DNA from: the human T2T-CHM13v2.0 reference genome, Homo sapiens
Strand: one strand, 5' to 3'
Length of the DNA: 64,000 nucleotides
NCBI RefSeq assembly: GCF_009914755.1
Contig: NC_060942.1
The notes beneath the pieces were generated by a model. It was not told where the DNA came from and did not search any database. It saw only the letters and a list, made by a program, of their open reading frames with translations. Position numbers and translations under genes: made by a program. Shown here one piece after another: positions 25,301 to 38,795 of the stretch (within the stretch, counting starts at the first letter, position 1; each line of letters opens with the position of its first letter).

Positions 25301-25519
25301 GCAAGGGACAGTGGCTTGTCATAGGCTAGACATCGTTTTTCATCTTGTATCTATGTAAATAATATGTTTTGTTCAATGTAATAAATACAGAATTTCAGAA
25401 AGAATAAAATATTTTCAAATCATTTTTGCAACCAAATTCCTTAGTCCTGTTCTATCGTTTGAGATATGAAATTGCTTCTAATAAAAAAATGAAATGAAAG
25501 ACAAATACAGTGAGACTAA

Positions 25520-25900
25520 GATTGCATTCATTAATTCCACAAATGCTTATGAATTATCTACTGTTATGTGACAGGCACCATGGTAAGTCTGCTGGTACAT
25601 TGTGGAGCAAATAGTTGGCACAGATTTTTTCTTTAATGAATGGTACGACCAGTGAAGATATACAACTTAATCAAATAATTATATAAATTAATTACAAACT
25701 GAAATAAGGGCTACCAAAGAAAAGAGTACCTTTTATTACCTCAGTTAAAACAAAAATGTAATTTAAGACTGAGGACAGGAAAGGACACAAAAGTCTCCTA
25801 AAGAAGTGATTCTTTTTCCAAGATCTACATTAGAAGGAGTTAATCAATAAAGAGGTGGGAAGAGAAAGGAGGAGAACATTTCATGCAAAGTTTTCTAGAT
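25520..25900 (-). mobile_element. L2 3' end
   Basis: cattcattaattccacaaatgcttatg...tgtgacaggcacc. Confidence 0.6.
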
Positions 25901-26084
25901 GAATGTAACATCTCCTTCAATGATCTTATAAGGTGTCATTCTACCCCCCTCTTCCACATTGGTAGCAATGTCTCATAGGCTGCATTATGCAAAGCAGTAA
26001 GTGTCACTAAAAACCTGGCACATTGTCATCTTTATGAGGATGGTGGGATTTTTTTTATTTTTTTTTTTAAGTTCTTAAAAGCAA

Positions 26085-26385
26085 CTTTGTTTTGTGGTTA
26101 AGAGTATAGCCAAAGCTAGACTACCTGGATTCAAATCTCTGGTATTTATTTGTAATAAAGAGATCTTATCAATAAATCATTGCTAATGACTTAATAGAAA
26201 TGTGGGATCTTGGGAACACCAATTAGCCTTATGTGCCTTAATTTCTTCATTTGTAAAATGATTATAAACATAGGGAACCCATTTCATTGGGCAGATTAAG
26301 TCAGTTAAAGTACACAAAGGCACTTAAAATAGTGCTAGTTATATCAGAGATACAGTAAGCACAGTAGGAATATTAGCTATTTTAG
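26085..26385 (+). mobile_element. MIR SINE
   Basis: gtggttaagagtatag...ctggattcaaatc...gtgccttaatttcttcatttgtaaaatg. Confidence 0.75.
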
Positions 26386-27186
26386 GAATAGTTTTCCTTC
26401 TGCTAAGAATTTAATCTGATTTTACTTTATACATGCTATGAATTATGAATTGTGTTACAGATCAGATGTAAACTAATATATGTATCTCTCTTTGGATTTG
26501 ATGATAGAGAGCTTGGAACCAGTTTGTTCTGACCCATTGGTATAACTGTGTGCAACCATATTTTGACTAATATTTAAATTTTGTTTGTTTGTTTCAGTTG
26601 AGTATACCTACCGTCACAGAAATGTTTACCAACTGGAATGTTATACTGAACAAATTGTTCAATAGAGTATAAAGTGGGGTTCATCTTGCTGCAACAAGGT
26701 AAGAGAGTCCTAAAGAAAAATTAAGCTGGTACTAAAAGGAAGGTTTTTAAAGAGCATGCAAGACCTTTGTCCCATTATTTATAGAATAAGGCCTAAGCAA
26801 TAAACATTTCTATTTAAGCAATGGCTGTGCTTAAGGACAATCAAGTGTTCTAACCATGATTGCTTTAATAAAAATGGAAGATAGAGTTATAATGGGGCAG
26901 TGATTGTGATATAATTATTGGTTACATAATTAGTCTTCTTTTGATTCTTTTAATCCCCTCAGAAATGCCACCAAAAATTATAGCATTTGAAAGTAAGATT
27001 TAGACCCAGAGTTTACGGATGTGGAATTCAAAGGAGGTGTACAGGACCTCATTCATGTGCATTTTTGAGTTGGTTAAATTTCCACATCCATTTTATATCT
27101 CTATCAACTTTTTCTTTGTCATATCCTTTTCACTTAGTTTCAGTTTGTGTCATTTTGCTGTTTTTTTATTTTTAAATAAATCATCT

Positions 27187-27694
27187 TGTAGTAGGCATAA
27201 TAATGGTCCCCAGAGATGTTTACCTCCTAAACCCTGGAATCTGTGAATATGTTATATGGAAAGGAAGAATTAAAGTTGTAGACAGAATTAAGGTTGCTAA
27301 TTAGCTGGCCTAGAGCTGGAGAGAATACCCTGGATTACCGAGGTAGACCCAGGGTAATTACAAGGGACCTTGTAACTGAAAGATGGAGGCAGGAGAGTCA
27401 GAGTCAGACTGATGGATCGATTGATGTGAAAACCCAACTCATCATTGCTGGCTTTGAAGATGGAAGAAGGGGACTGTGAATTAAAGGAATCTTGGCAACC
27501 TCCAGAAACTAGAAAAGGAAATGGATTCACCTCTACAGCCTCCAGAGGAACATATTCCTGCTGACACTTTAATTTTAGTCCAGTGAAATTCATTTTGGAC
27601 TTCTAAACTCCAGAGCTATAAAATAATAAATTTATGTTTTTTAAGCCATGAAATTTTTGGTAATTTGTTACAGAAGCAATAGGAGACTAATGAA
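27187..27694 (+). mobile_element. MLT1D MaLR solo LTR
   Basis: tgtagtaggcataataatggtccccagagatg...aattaaggttgctaattagctg...aataaatttatgttttttaagcca. Confidence 0.9.
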
Positions 27695-27746
27695 ACCTTA
27701 GAACTTTTTTGAAACATAGTGATTCTAAAATTAAAAAAGTTTTATT

Positions 27747-28142
27747 AAAATATGGTCACCATGGTGTATATGTGCCACAGTTTCTGAATCCAGTCTGTTA
27801 TTGATGGGCATTTGGGTTGGTTCCAAGTCTTTGCTATTGTGAATAGTACCACAATAAACATATGTGTGTGTGTCTTTATAGCAGCATGATTTATAATCAA
27901 TGAGAACACTCTGACACAGGAAGGGGAACATCACACACCAGGGCCTGTTGTGGGGTGGGGGGAGGTGGGAGGGATAGCATTAGGAAATATACCTAATGTA
28001 AATGACCAGTTAATGGGTGCAGCACACCAACATGGCACATGTATACATATATAACAAACCTACACGTTGTACACATGTACCCTAGAACTTAAAGTATAAT
28101 ACAAAAAAAGCCTTTTTTATAGTCAAAAAAATATGGTCACCA
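27747..28142 (+). mobile_element. L1PA 3' end with 5' inversion (twin priming) and 15-bp TSD
   Basis: Inverted part 27760-27897, sense 3' UTR 27898-28100; TSD aaaatatggtcacca at 27747-27761 and 28128-28142. Confidence 0.95.
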
Positions 28143-28577
28143 ACTTAAAAAAATACTAATGAAATATGCCCACGTTCGAACATTAACTCAGAGTAGGAAA
28201 TTTAAAAAAATACACAACACTTTAAAAATTCTTAGTTGCTATAAAGCTGAAGTTTTAGCCATTCAATTACTTATTTTGGGGACAACTGATTATCCTGCAG
28301 ATATGCTTATTGCCCCATCCAGCTATTCAGATTTTCACTTTCTATTATTCAAACTAGCAATGATCTCTGACTTGGAACACAAAAAAGCATATTTTGCTTT
28401 CATTGCTTTGGCAAATTACTCTGTGTCTGAGTGCCTGAAGAACTCATTGTTGTTTCCTTCACTATTAACAGACACTTGCTCACTGCCTTTAACACATTCT
28501 GTCATCTGCACGCTTGTCATTCATTGTTTTAAGAAAAAAAAGAAAGAAGGGAAAACTAATTATGAAAATAGTCAGCC

Positions 28578-29290
28578 TGGGAGAGTTTTTCTTAGGTTTT
28601 CTTCTAGAATTTTTATGGTTACAGGTCTTAGATTTAAGTCTTTATTCCATCTTGAGTTAATTTTTGCACATGGTGAGAGACAGAAATCCAGTTTCATTTT
28701 TCTGCCTGTGGCTATCTAACTTTCCCAGCACCATTTATCACATACGGTGTCATTTCCCCATTTTATGTCTTTGTTTACTTTGTTGAAGATCAGTTGGTTG
28801 TAAATGTTTGGCTTTATTTCTGGATTGTCTATTCTGTTCCATTGGTCTGTGTTTCTACTTTTATACCAGTACTATGCTGTTTTGGTTACTATAGCCTGTG
28901 GTATAATGTGAAGCTGGGTAATGTGATGCCTCCAAATTTGTTTTATTTGCTTAGAACTGCTTTGGCTTTTCAGGCTCTTTTGTGGTTCCACATGAAATTT
29001 AGAATTGTTTCTTTCCTAATTCAATGAAAAATGACATTGGTATGTTGATAAGAATTTTACAGAACCTGTAAATTGCCTTGGGTGATATAGTCATTTTCTC
29101 AATATTTATGAGTAAGACATCAAAAGCGAATGCAACAAAAAGCAAAAGTAAATAAATGGGATCTAATTAAACTGTTACTAAAAAGCTTCTGCACGGCAAA
29201 AGAAATAAGCATCCATGTAACCAAAAAGCACTTATACCCATAATGCTATTGAAATAAACAAATAAAAAAATAAAAAGTGAAAAAGGAAAT
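28578..29290. mobile_element. L1PB/L1MA fragment with inversion (minus 28578-29105, plus 29105-29290)
   Basis: Antisense ORF2 (ttttatggttacaggtcttagatttaagtc...) then sense (aaatgggatctaattaaact...aaagcttctgcacggcaaaag) and an A-rich tail. Confidence 0.85.
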
Positions 29291-29665
29291 AAGCAGTAAA
29301 AGATAAATCAGGAGATTTGACCTTCAAATTGATACACTTTCAAAAATGTTTTTATTCGGGGAAGGTAAAGGCTGTGCATAGACATTTGCTTGGAGCCTAT
29401 ATTCTGGCACAGTTCTCAAATGTGGGTAGTGTTGGCGCTTGTGTGCCAAACTTATTCTCTAGGAAACAGAGATCCTCTGATTTGAGAAGCCCTGAGCTGG
29501 CATATTTCATTGGCTTTAAATTCAGCACAAAAGCTCAGAAAGAAAATTGTTAAAAGGCCACCTCTATGGAAAACACTGGGACCAAACTCATGGGATAGAA
29601 CAGTGTGTTTGAGCTGAGTCACTGGTAAGATACATATCCCCCGGATCTCTCAAAAACTTACAGGC

Positions 29666-29930
29666 CTTTGGGAGGCCGAGGTGGGTGGATCACGAGGTCA
29701 GGAGATCGAGACCATCCTGGCTAATACAATGAAACCCCATCTCTACTGAAAACACAAAAAATTAGCTGGGCGTGGTGGCAGGCGCCTGTAGTCCCAGCTA
29801 CTCGGGGGGCTGAGGCAGGAGAATGGCCTGAACCCGGGAGGCGGATCTTGCAGCGAGCTGAGATCGCGCACTGCACTCCAGCCTGGGCGACAGAGCGAGA
29901 CTGTATCTCAAAAAAAAAAAAAAAAACAAA
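29666..29930 (+). mobile_element. AluY, 5'-truncated
   Basis: AluY diagnostics ggagatcgagaccatcctggctaa and gaatggc.tgaacccgggaggcgga.cttgcag; TSD aaaaact(t/a..)caggc at 29652-29665 and 29931-29944. Confidence 0.95.
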
Positions 29931-30569
29931 AAAAACTTTCAGGCATCAGGTAAGAGAGACAAGGTTTGCCATCAAGTATAAGGTCTGCTTAATATTATTT
30001 GCCATATTGAAGACAGATATTGGAGACACTTCTTTCTAATTTCAAGGATATTTTAAAAAGGAAAGAAAAGAAAAACACAGTAGGGCATTGTTCTTTGCAT
30101 ACCCTCACATGCACAAATTAATGCTGATCACATGCCTACACCTACAAAGGAATCGGGCCAAAAACAAAATTGGACAGATTGCAAAAATACAGAGAAAATC
30201 ACAATCTCTTCAATCAGGATTTCAGAAACCAGTGATATGATGAACATTTTTCACGTAACTCCTTTCATGAGCCCTCATGTTTAGATAAACATGTAACCAT
30301 TCTTCAGAGTTTGTTCATGTGTGGTGTACTGGCAGATATTTATAGGCACCCAATACACACAGCCTCCATAATGAACACTGAGACTACAAAGTCACAAGTA
30401 TGTGGTACTGGATATTGTGGGCCTAACCAAGGGACAAGTGAGAAAAATATTATATCATGAAGATATGTCTTTTTAAAGAAATATGCATGGAAATCTGCTA
30501 TTGAAGCAGAGAAACAGATACTTATATCATGAGGAGGGGCAGACATGTGACATTCTTTTCAGCTGCTCA

Positions 30570-31020
30570 GCATCTGTCTGAGTTGCCCCAAAAGCTGACA
30601 CTGAGAAAAATATTCCAATGCAAGGTAATTATTTGAGAAGTAAAGGAAACATTGCCAGGAGAGGGGAATTGGCTTAGGGAAGGGACGGCAGCCAATTAAG
30701 AGTGGTTATCAAGCCAGCTGCCACAGTGAGAGATTAGAATTTAACCTCACTTGAGAATGGTGGGAAAGGGTCTAAAACACATATCTCATAGTTATCCCAC
30801 CCAAGGAGAGAGGGAAGAGAGGGAGCTCCCATCAGTCATTGGCTGGGGACTTCTTCTGGGACTTAGTTCTCTCAGTGCGTCTGGCCAGCCCTGTGACTGA
30901 GCCGAGTCTCTTCACTGACTTTTGAAATCGCCTTCAAGCAAAGTCTCTGAAAGTTGGATGTCATAGTCACCCAGAGCCTGCCAAAGTGGTAAGGTTCAAA
31001 TGAGAGCAAGCCACCAACAG
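30570..31020 (-). mobile_element. LTR16-type ERVL LTR
   Basis: ccccaaaagctgacactgag...tgcaaggtaattatttg...ctcccatcagtcattggctgggg. Confidence 0.6.
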
Positions 31021-31039
31021 TTTCACCTTCAGCCTCTGA

Positions 31040-31260
31040 ACTACTTCTTAGGCTTAGACAATTTCTAATTGTATAACCCTTGGTAGAAAAAAGCGATACC
31101 TAACACTATAGAAACAAAATGTGAGATGTATGCTTTCTCAGCCTCCCTTGCAGCTAGGGCACAGGCATATGAACTAGGTTCCACCAATCAGACACACCTG
31201 ATTGATTTAAGCAGGAGGCTCAGAAAAGCTTTCTCCTTCCATCAGAGGTGATAGCTAATT
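31040..31260 (+). mobile_element. LTR33-type ERVL LTR fragment
   Basis: tttctcagcctcccttgcagctagggcacaggcatatgaactaggttccaccaatcagac. Confidence 0.6.
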
Positions 31261-31412
31261 TGTCTATCAAATATTTATTTATCTTTAGCTATCAACATTC
31301 AGTACATCAACAGATGGCTTTTTCCAGCTTTCTTCTGTCTCTAGCTTTTGTCTTTCTGCTCCTTTCTGAAACCATGTAAAATGTGCTTCACTCTTTCCCA
31401 TAAATATACACA

Positions 31413-32560
31413 CACATGGCCAGCTACAAAACTTGCAGAGCCTAGTGAAAATAAAAATGCAGTGCCTTTGTTTAAAAAAAAAAAAAAGGAAGTGACCATA
31501 AAAGTACATGTACAGCATTTTTCCTGTCTTCCACAATCTCCCTCTCTCCATTTGTCACTCTGGGTTTTTTCTATTTAATGTAATTCTAAGTACTGCATAG
31601 TAAAGTTAAAATGTTAAATTTCTAGCGTTTAAGTTTTGCCATTCACGTTTATGTTGTGCAATGCCAGTCATAAATGCAAATATCAGCACATTTAATTTTT
31701 ATGTATCGTCACCAAAATTATAAAAGTCATATTTTGTAGATCATCCCCAGAGAGTGCCTTAAGCTATTCAAGATAGACAAATACAAGCCAGAATCGGGGA
31801 AGTTGAAAAAAAGAGCAGATCCCTCCAGTCACAGCCTGAGAGACTGTGAGTAAAGACACTGACAGGCACCCAGGGAGCTGCTGCACCATGTGGGGCATTT
31901 GCACTGGCTAGTGCCTTATGACTGCCAGGATCCCCTTCGCACCAGCCCCACCAATGCACCACAGGGGTGGGGGCTGGGAAATGTAGTCAGGCATCGTCTC
32001 CTTTTTCCACGGGCTTATCATTCCTGGGTGAAACCTAAGGATCTTTAAACCTCCATGCCAGGAAGAAGTAAATACCTGCACAGTGGTGAGTCAAAGATGA
32101 GCTATCATATGGCTTCTGTCTAGCCACTCACCAAACACTCTGTGATACTGCCAGCTAGCATGGGGACATCTGTCACCATTCCCAGCCCTAAGATGCAGCA
32201 GGACTTCTACACCCAACCCTGACCCTTCTCATGCCTCATCCAGGTTCCTTCCATGGGCAGAGGCTATAGCAGCTGCAGATGGGGAGCAGAGAGGTGAAGG
32301 CCAGGTGGACCTGAAGGGCCAGAGGATTGGGGAGAGGATAGCAGAAAGCCTGTCCCATGGAGGTGGGAGGTAGCAGGTTGAGGGATAGCTCCAGTACATG
32401 TTTCATTGTCTGATCAGACATCACAAAACATAAATTAAATATGGAGTTGTTAAGAATCTCAAGATAGCATTGAAAGGGCATTAAACCCCAAGTGTGAGGC
32501 CCCTCCTAGCATAAAGCACCATGTGACTGTCCTGGACACACACCCCTAAAGTGGGCTTAG
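31413..32560 (+). mobile_element. MER45 (B/C-size; hAT-Tip100) DNA transposon fossil
   Basis: Left end ggccagctacaaaacttgcagagcctagtgaaaataaaaatg; right end gcattaaaccccaagtgtgaggcccc...atgtgactgtcctggacacacacccc. Confidence 0.7.
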
Positions 32561-32828
32561 TATATACTTACACAACCCCCTTGACCACAGGCAAGCTTCC
32601 TTTTCAAAATTGATACATAATAGTTGTACATACTTATGGGGTACATGTGCTATTTTGGTACATGCGCACAATGTGATATGGGCAAATCAGAGTAATTGGG
32701 AAATGCATCACCTCAAGCACTCATCATTTCTTTGTGCTAGGAATATTCAAGAAGAGCCCATGCTGACCATCTGTTGTTTCCTAGCCCATTCACATCTCAA
32801 CTCCTATCGAGCTTCCATCACCAAAATC

Positions 32829-32977
32829 AGGAGCGACTTAGGCTTCATGGGACCTAAAGCTTACAGTTTTGAGGCCTGCTTAAAGAAATGAATTACAAAT
32901 TAGGAATCTGAAGGGGAATGTGCATTCGAGTGATCCTGATGCTTAAACTCCATTACCTTCACAGTAAACCCTCCTCT
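32829..32977 (-). mobile_element. MER53 (hAT) MITE
   Basis: Reverse complement starts cagaggagggtttactgtgaaggtaatggagtttaagc. Confidence 0.6.
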
Positions 32978-34552
32978 GCCCACAACTTGTCTCCAACTGC
33001 TCCCCTACTTTCCCTCCATATATGTGAGAGATATGCAGAATTGCCAATTCTAATAGACAAATTTCAGTCTGAATCTGACTTGATTTCTCTCCTGTAATTT
33101 ATATGGATAATATTGACCATTCCCTCCTTGAAATCATCTATGTTGCCTTCTAAGACATCATCTATTTTGATTCATTCATGTCAGCATCTTTCATTTGTTT
33201 TCTTCTCTTTTCTATCCCTTCTACCTGTGGTACCTGGATAATTTTTAGTATTCAGATTTAATTTTAGGGAAGATGTTGGTTAAAACCGTGATGATATAAT
33301 ATGTAGGGAAGTACATCATAAATTGTAGAACACCATATAAATATGAAATATTATTATTACAAGGTGATTGATTCTATAATTTGTTCAGCAAAGACTTTAT
33401 CTTGATTTTCCAAATGATCTTTTTATGTCCTAAAAGAAATATGTATGTAAGGGATTCATGCAAGCTGTATAAATGACTATGATTTATACAGTCTTTTTAT
33501 GTGTTTTACATATTTTGTATTACCCATTACAAAATAAATAACACTGAAAAATTAAGGGAATGACATTTATTGTGTGTATATCTCTGTTTCTCCAGTTATA
33601 TGAGAGAAATTTTTATTTTTATGGAAATTAGTTGCATGAAACTCACGCAAATGTGCCTAAATGTGACAGATATATTTCCTAAACCAAAAGTTAATCTTTC
33701 CAAAAAAAAAAGTAACCAAAAGACAACATTTCTTCCTCATTATCTGAGTTTGTTCATTTATTTCCCTCAAAATAATGATTTCTTTTGGCTATAAATAATT
33801 TTTCTGCTGAATTTCTTGGAGTAGTTTTGTCTCTGCATTGATCAGGATCAATTTCCCTGAAAGCAGAGAAAACTTACAAATTGTTATTATCTCCTTGCCT
33901 CAAAGTTAATCACAGTTTCAAAGGCTATCTTCAGCATAAAAAATAAAATCTATTTTGGTTTATGAATTACTTCATATGAGGCAAAATACTCATAAAATAA
34001 TGAATATATGCCTTACAGCTAAAATATTAATTACCAAAAGGAAAATAATAGATTCCTATTTACAGTGGTGATTTACTTTTTCTCTGAAGAGTAGAATCAG
34101 CATCTATGATCTTATTATTTGGAAATATATTATTTTAATTGAGAAAGCCAGTTTTTGTGGCAAAACATTCTTTTTAAAATTACTGTTAACCTTCTGAAGA
34201 GTGGAAAAGAAAGTTTTGTGGCAGAATATTTGTTTAATTGCCATTAAACTCATTGCTGTCTTCATTACAAGTTTTGTTCAGATTTTGGTGTTTTTTTCTT
34301 TTTTAACCTCAAGGGGAAAAAATCTATTGTTTTCCTGTAACGGTAAGTTTTACAGATATATACGGCTTCAATGCTGATCTCGTTCATCGTTTTCCCACAA
34401 AATGATAAATCATCTTTCCTATGGTTACTTCCTTAATAAACTCAATGGGTTTGGAAACTATCACAGAATTACAACAACTAATAGAAACAAAATGTGAGAT
34501 GTATGCTTTCTCAGCCTACAGAATTTAACAACATTGGTAGCTATTGATTTTT

Positions 34553-34911
34553 TGTCTTAGTCAGTTTGGGATGCTATAATACCATAGAATGTCTGGTTAT
34601 AAACAACAGAATGTATTTCTCATAGTTTTGAAGTCTGGAAATGTGAGATCAGGGTGCCATCATGGCCAATTGGGTTGAGGGACCTTTTCTAAGTTTCCAA
34701 CTACCATCTTCAAATTGTCTCCTCACGTGGTGGAAACAGCCCCCAGAGAGCTCTCTGAATTACCTTTCATAAAGGCACTAATCCCATCCATGAGGGCTCC
34801 ACTCTTATGACCTAATTACATCTTGAAGTTTCCATTTCTAATGCCATCACAATGTGGGGTAGGATTTCAACATATTCATTTTGGGAGGGCCCAAACTTTC
34901 AGTCCATAACA
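34553..34911 (-). mobile_element. MLT1A MaLR solo LTR
   Basis: tgtcttagtcagtttgggatgctataa...ctaatcccatccatgagggctccactcttatgacctaat...tcagtccataaca. Confidence 0.9.
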
Positions 34912-35494
34912 GATTTTATATTTTGTTTCTGGACTTCTTTGACAAGCCTATTTTGGGTAAAGGCACCATGGCAACTATATTGTACTGGATTCTGACAAAA
35001 TTCAGATTTTCAGGCACTATTAATTCAACAAGTGTAAATTGGTACTGTTCGATGGGCATAGACATCTTAGAAAACCTGCCTAGACATTCCTTTTTTTCTC
35101 ATAAGGCAGAGATAATCTACGGATTTTGACCAGAATAATTATGTACATTTGTGGATCTTCCACTGTAAAGCTAACAGCAGAAATGAGATCGGACGTAACT
35201 GTAGCTGTTACTAAGAATCATAGCTCAAGAGGACTGTATGCAGTCCCTACCTTTCATGAGTTGCAGAATAATATCTGACATCTAACAAACTCTTCTAAAA
35301 CTATACACACCTTTAAAATAATTTTTATTTTTATTTCTGGGGTACAAGTGCAGGATGATGCACACATATTTTTACAAACAAACTTTTATGTGACAATCTT
35401 CCTGACAGGCTACAAAATTCCACACATAATTACATGTATTATACTCTAAATTATATGTTGAGAAACAAACATCTTCATTAAAAAGTTACACGGA

Positions 35495-35794
35495 GGCTAG
35501 GTGTGGTGGTTTATGCCTATAATCCCAGCTACTAGGGAGGCTGAGGCAGGAGGATCACTTAAGTACAGGAGTTCAAGATCAGCCTGGGCAACATAGTGAA
35601 ACCCCATCTCTAAAAATATTTAAAAAGTAGCTGGGTGCGGTATTGCATGCCTGTAGTCCCAGCTACTGAGGAGTCTGAGTCTGGAAGATTGCTTGAGCCC
35701 AGGAGTTTGAGATTACAGTGGGCTATGATTGTGCCACTGCACTGCACCCTACGTGACAGAGTAAGACCTTATCTGTAAAAATAAATAAATAAAT
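35495..35794 (+). mobile_element. AluJ
   Basis: aggatcactt...gcctgggcaacatagtg...gattgcttgagcccaggagtttgag; (TAAA)n tail; TSD aaaagttacac. Confidence 0.93.
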
Positions 35795-36247
35795 AAAAGT
35801 TACACAAAAATTCTCTAGACCTTTGTCTCCCCCATCAACTTCACAATGTAATTAACTCAATACATTATATAGGAAATGACTTTTCCACCGTGGCGCTATG
35901 AAAATTTAACTCTAGATCCAAGCAATTAAATTTATTGTTTTATTTCTGTTACCTATTTGTTTCAAGCTTAAAACTGTAAGTTTGTGTTGTTTTTGTTGCT
36001 GTTTGTTGGTTTTGCTTGCATTTTTCTGCACATTTTAATGTTATTGCAATAATGACCAACCTCCCATCTCTAGTCTTCACATTAATCTTCACATGTTAAA
36101 ATTTTTGTTCCATTTGGAATGGTGGATATTATTTCTTCCTTTCTTGTTTCAACTTCCCAATCTGTTAATAGTAAGCTTTCCCATAAAGGAGAAGCCCTAC
36201 TTCCTGTAAAATGTATATTAAATGTGGGCAAGTTTGCCCCTGGTAGC

Positions 36248-36276
36248 ATAGAGAGAGAGATGGATGGATGGATAGC

Positions 36277-36324
<48 letters not shown>

Positions 36325-36339
36325 CAGACAGATAGATAG

Positions 36340-36370
<31 letters not shown>

Positions 36371-36380
36371 TAGACAGACA
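36248..36380. repeat. Compound (GA)/(GATG)/(GATA)n/(GACA)n STR
   Basis: Seen directly. Confidence 0.97.
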
Positions 36381-38393
36381 ACATATATATGTATGCTCCT
36401 GACTTACATTGTCAAGTGATGTTTAAAATGAGGTGGTCCTAATCTTTTCTGTGGTTTATCCTTGCTTCTAACTCTTACTATCCAAAATTAGGGGATGGTA
36501 GTAAATTTGTTACAGATCCTTTGCTATTTTCTCTGTTTCTATACTTCTTTATTAAAAACAAAATTTGTGATCTTGCTTTTTGCGTAAAACTATTTCTCTC
36601 TACAGTATATGTAAAGAAGGCTTCTCAGAATCTATAAAGTTTGGAAGGCATCATGCTCTGGGTTCAGTGCTGATGTAATTTTTCATGATTTATATTTTTA
36701 TTCCTTCATTTACTATAATTAGTTTTAGGATAACATAATTGATAGAAGTCCTTCTATAATACTTTAATATTATGTTTACAAAAGAGAAGATGGAATATTA
36801 CTCACAATTAAGTTTTTCATGAAATATAAATTGCAAGAAAAGGTAAGACATAAGAGTTATACATTGTTTAATTTGCAGAATTGAACTTTTGCTTTTAACT
36901 TCCAAATAAATCTTTTCTTGTAATTTAAAAGAAATGTGTATTTTAATGTACATTGTAGTACATTTTATTTTAGATACCGATCATCCAGTCACTAATTGTA
37001 TTTCTCATTTGGATTATTTTTTATTACTATCCAGAATGCCTCTTTTACACTCACAAATAAGATATAATAAATGAGAACTCACATGATTCTGTCCAGCTCT
37101 GTAGTGTTAATGGAGCAAAAATATTTTAGTTTAGATATTTTAAAATATAACTTTTGTTAATAATTGGATTAATCCATAAAAACTGTATGATTCTTCAATG
37201 AGATATACAATATACGGTGCTACACAAATATTAGTTACATTACACTTTTTGCATTCATTTTCTATATTCATAATAAATAGACTTGTTCTATCATCTTTTC
37301 CAATAATTTAACTATATTAGGCATTAGATAATTTTATTTTAGAACTAGCAATAATAATTAACAGAAATAAGTGTTGATTAAAGTCCTACCAAGTAGTTCT
37401 ATACTATTCTGTACTTGTAGTCAGCTTTGAAACTGATTTGTTATATTGGTTATTGGCAAAAATCACTACTGATATGTTTAAGAATTGTTTAACTCAATGC
37501 CAGATTCTAAGTGAATTAGTTCTTCTAATTTTCCCATTACTATAATAATCAAATAGACTAGTTTTACAAAATCTGATCTTCCAAAGAGGCAAATATCAGC
37601 CCAGTGATTGTCCATCTTCTCATACTTTGTTCTTCTCTATCATGGCCTACCCGCTCAAGGCTTTTCACATTGCCGTGGTGGGTAGAGGGTCTTTCTGCCC
37701 TGGACAGACTAAACAGACTCTGGTGACAGTCTTACTATTAAATACAGGCCACTTCTTAGGCCCAGATCCAATCTTTATACTTTTTTACTCTCCCTGTTAA
37801 AAGGTCCCAGATACTCATTTAGTTTAATTTCTCTCTACAGTTGGTTCAGACACACAATATTGCCCAACTCCAGTGGGCACCATTCACAGTTTTAGTTTGC
37901 AACTCAGAAACCCATAAAGTTGCCACCACCCACTCTACATCTTGAAATTTTTTTTGCTCCTGAGATGACTATCTACAAAGTAGAACTTAGTCTTCCCAGC
38001 TGTACTTTTCCTTGGTGACTCTGTAAAACAAAAATGTTCCGTGGTTTTAGGTATCAAGGAGCCAGAAATTCAAAAATAGATCAGACATAATCCATACCCC
38101 AAATGAATGGTGGAGACACATAAATAAACAAACAGTGGCAAGATAGCATGAAAATTATTATGGTAGAAGTATCTACAAGAAAATTTGAAAACATACAAGA
38201 AGATGCGATAAACTTCTCCTCAGTTTAAGTGAAATAATCAGGGAACACCCCAGGAGATGACACTAATTCTCAACATCTCTTTAAGCCCCACTTAGGGAGG
38301 AGCTCTCCAGTCTAAACAACAGGGCCATATCAGACAAAGAAAACATGTGCCTGAAAGCTCATGTCATGTTCAGAGGTCTTAGAATGGTTTAGA

Positions 38394-38722
38394 GCAAAGG
38401 TCAGCAAAGTATAACCCACAAAGCAAATCTAGCTCTCCACCTGTTTTTATACAGCTTATGAACTAAGAATGCTTTTTATATTTAATGGTTGAAGGAAAAA
38501 TGAAAAGAAGAAGAATATTTCATGGCACATGAACATTTTATGAAATTCAAATTTTAATGTTCATAAAGATTTATTGGAATACAGCTATGCTCATTATTTT
38601 CTGTATTGTCTAAGGCTGCTTTTTTGCTACAATGGCAAACGTCTTTGTGGCAAAGACTTTGTGGCCACAAAACTTAAAATATTTATTATCTGGTCCTTTA
38701 CAAAACGTGTTCCAAGTCTTGG
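38394..38722 (+). mobile_element. MER58B (hAT-Charlie)
   Basis: ggtcagcaaa...ccacctgtttttatacagc...ttattggaatacagctatgctcatt...aaaatatttattatctggtcctttaca. Confidence 0.85.
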
Positions 38723-38795
38723 TTTAGCAAGACCAGAAGAGAGAGCCTTGGGCGGGGGGATGACGAGACATAAAGCAAACAAAGAAGAAATAACA

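Noticed and set aside
28159-28719. Longest ORF in the window (186 aa)
   Set aside because: No recognisable protein; crosses an A-run and ends in antisense L1, so it is a chance ORF
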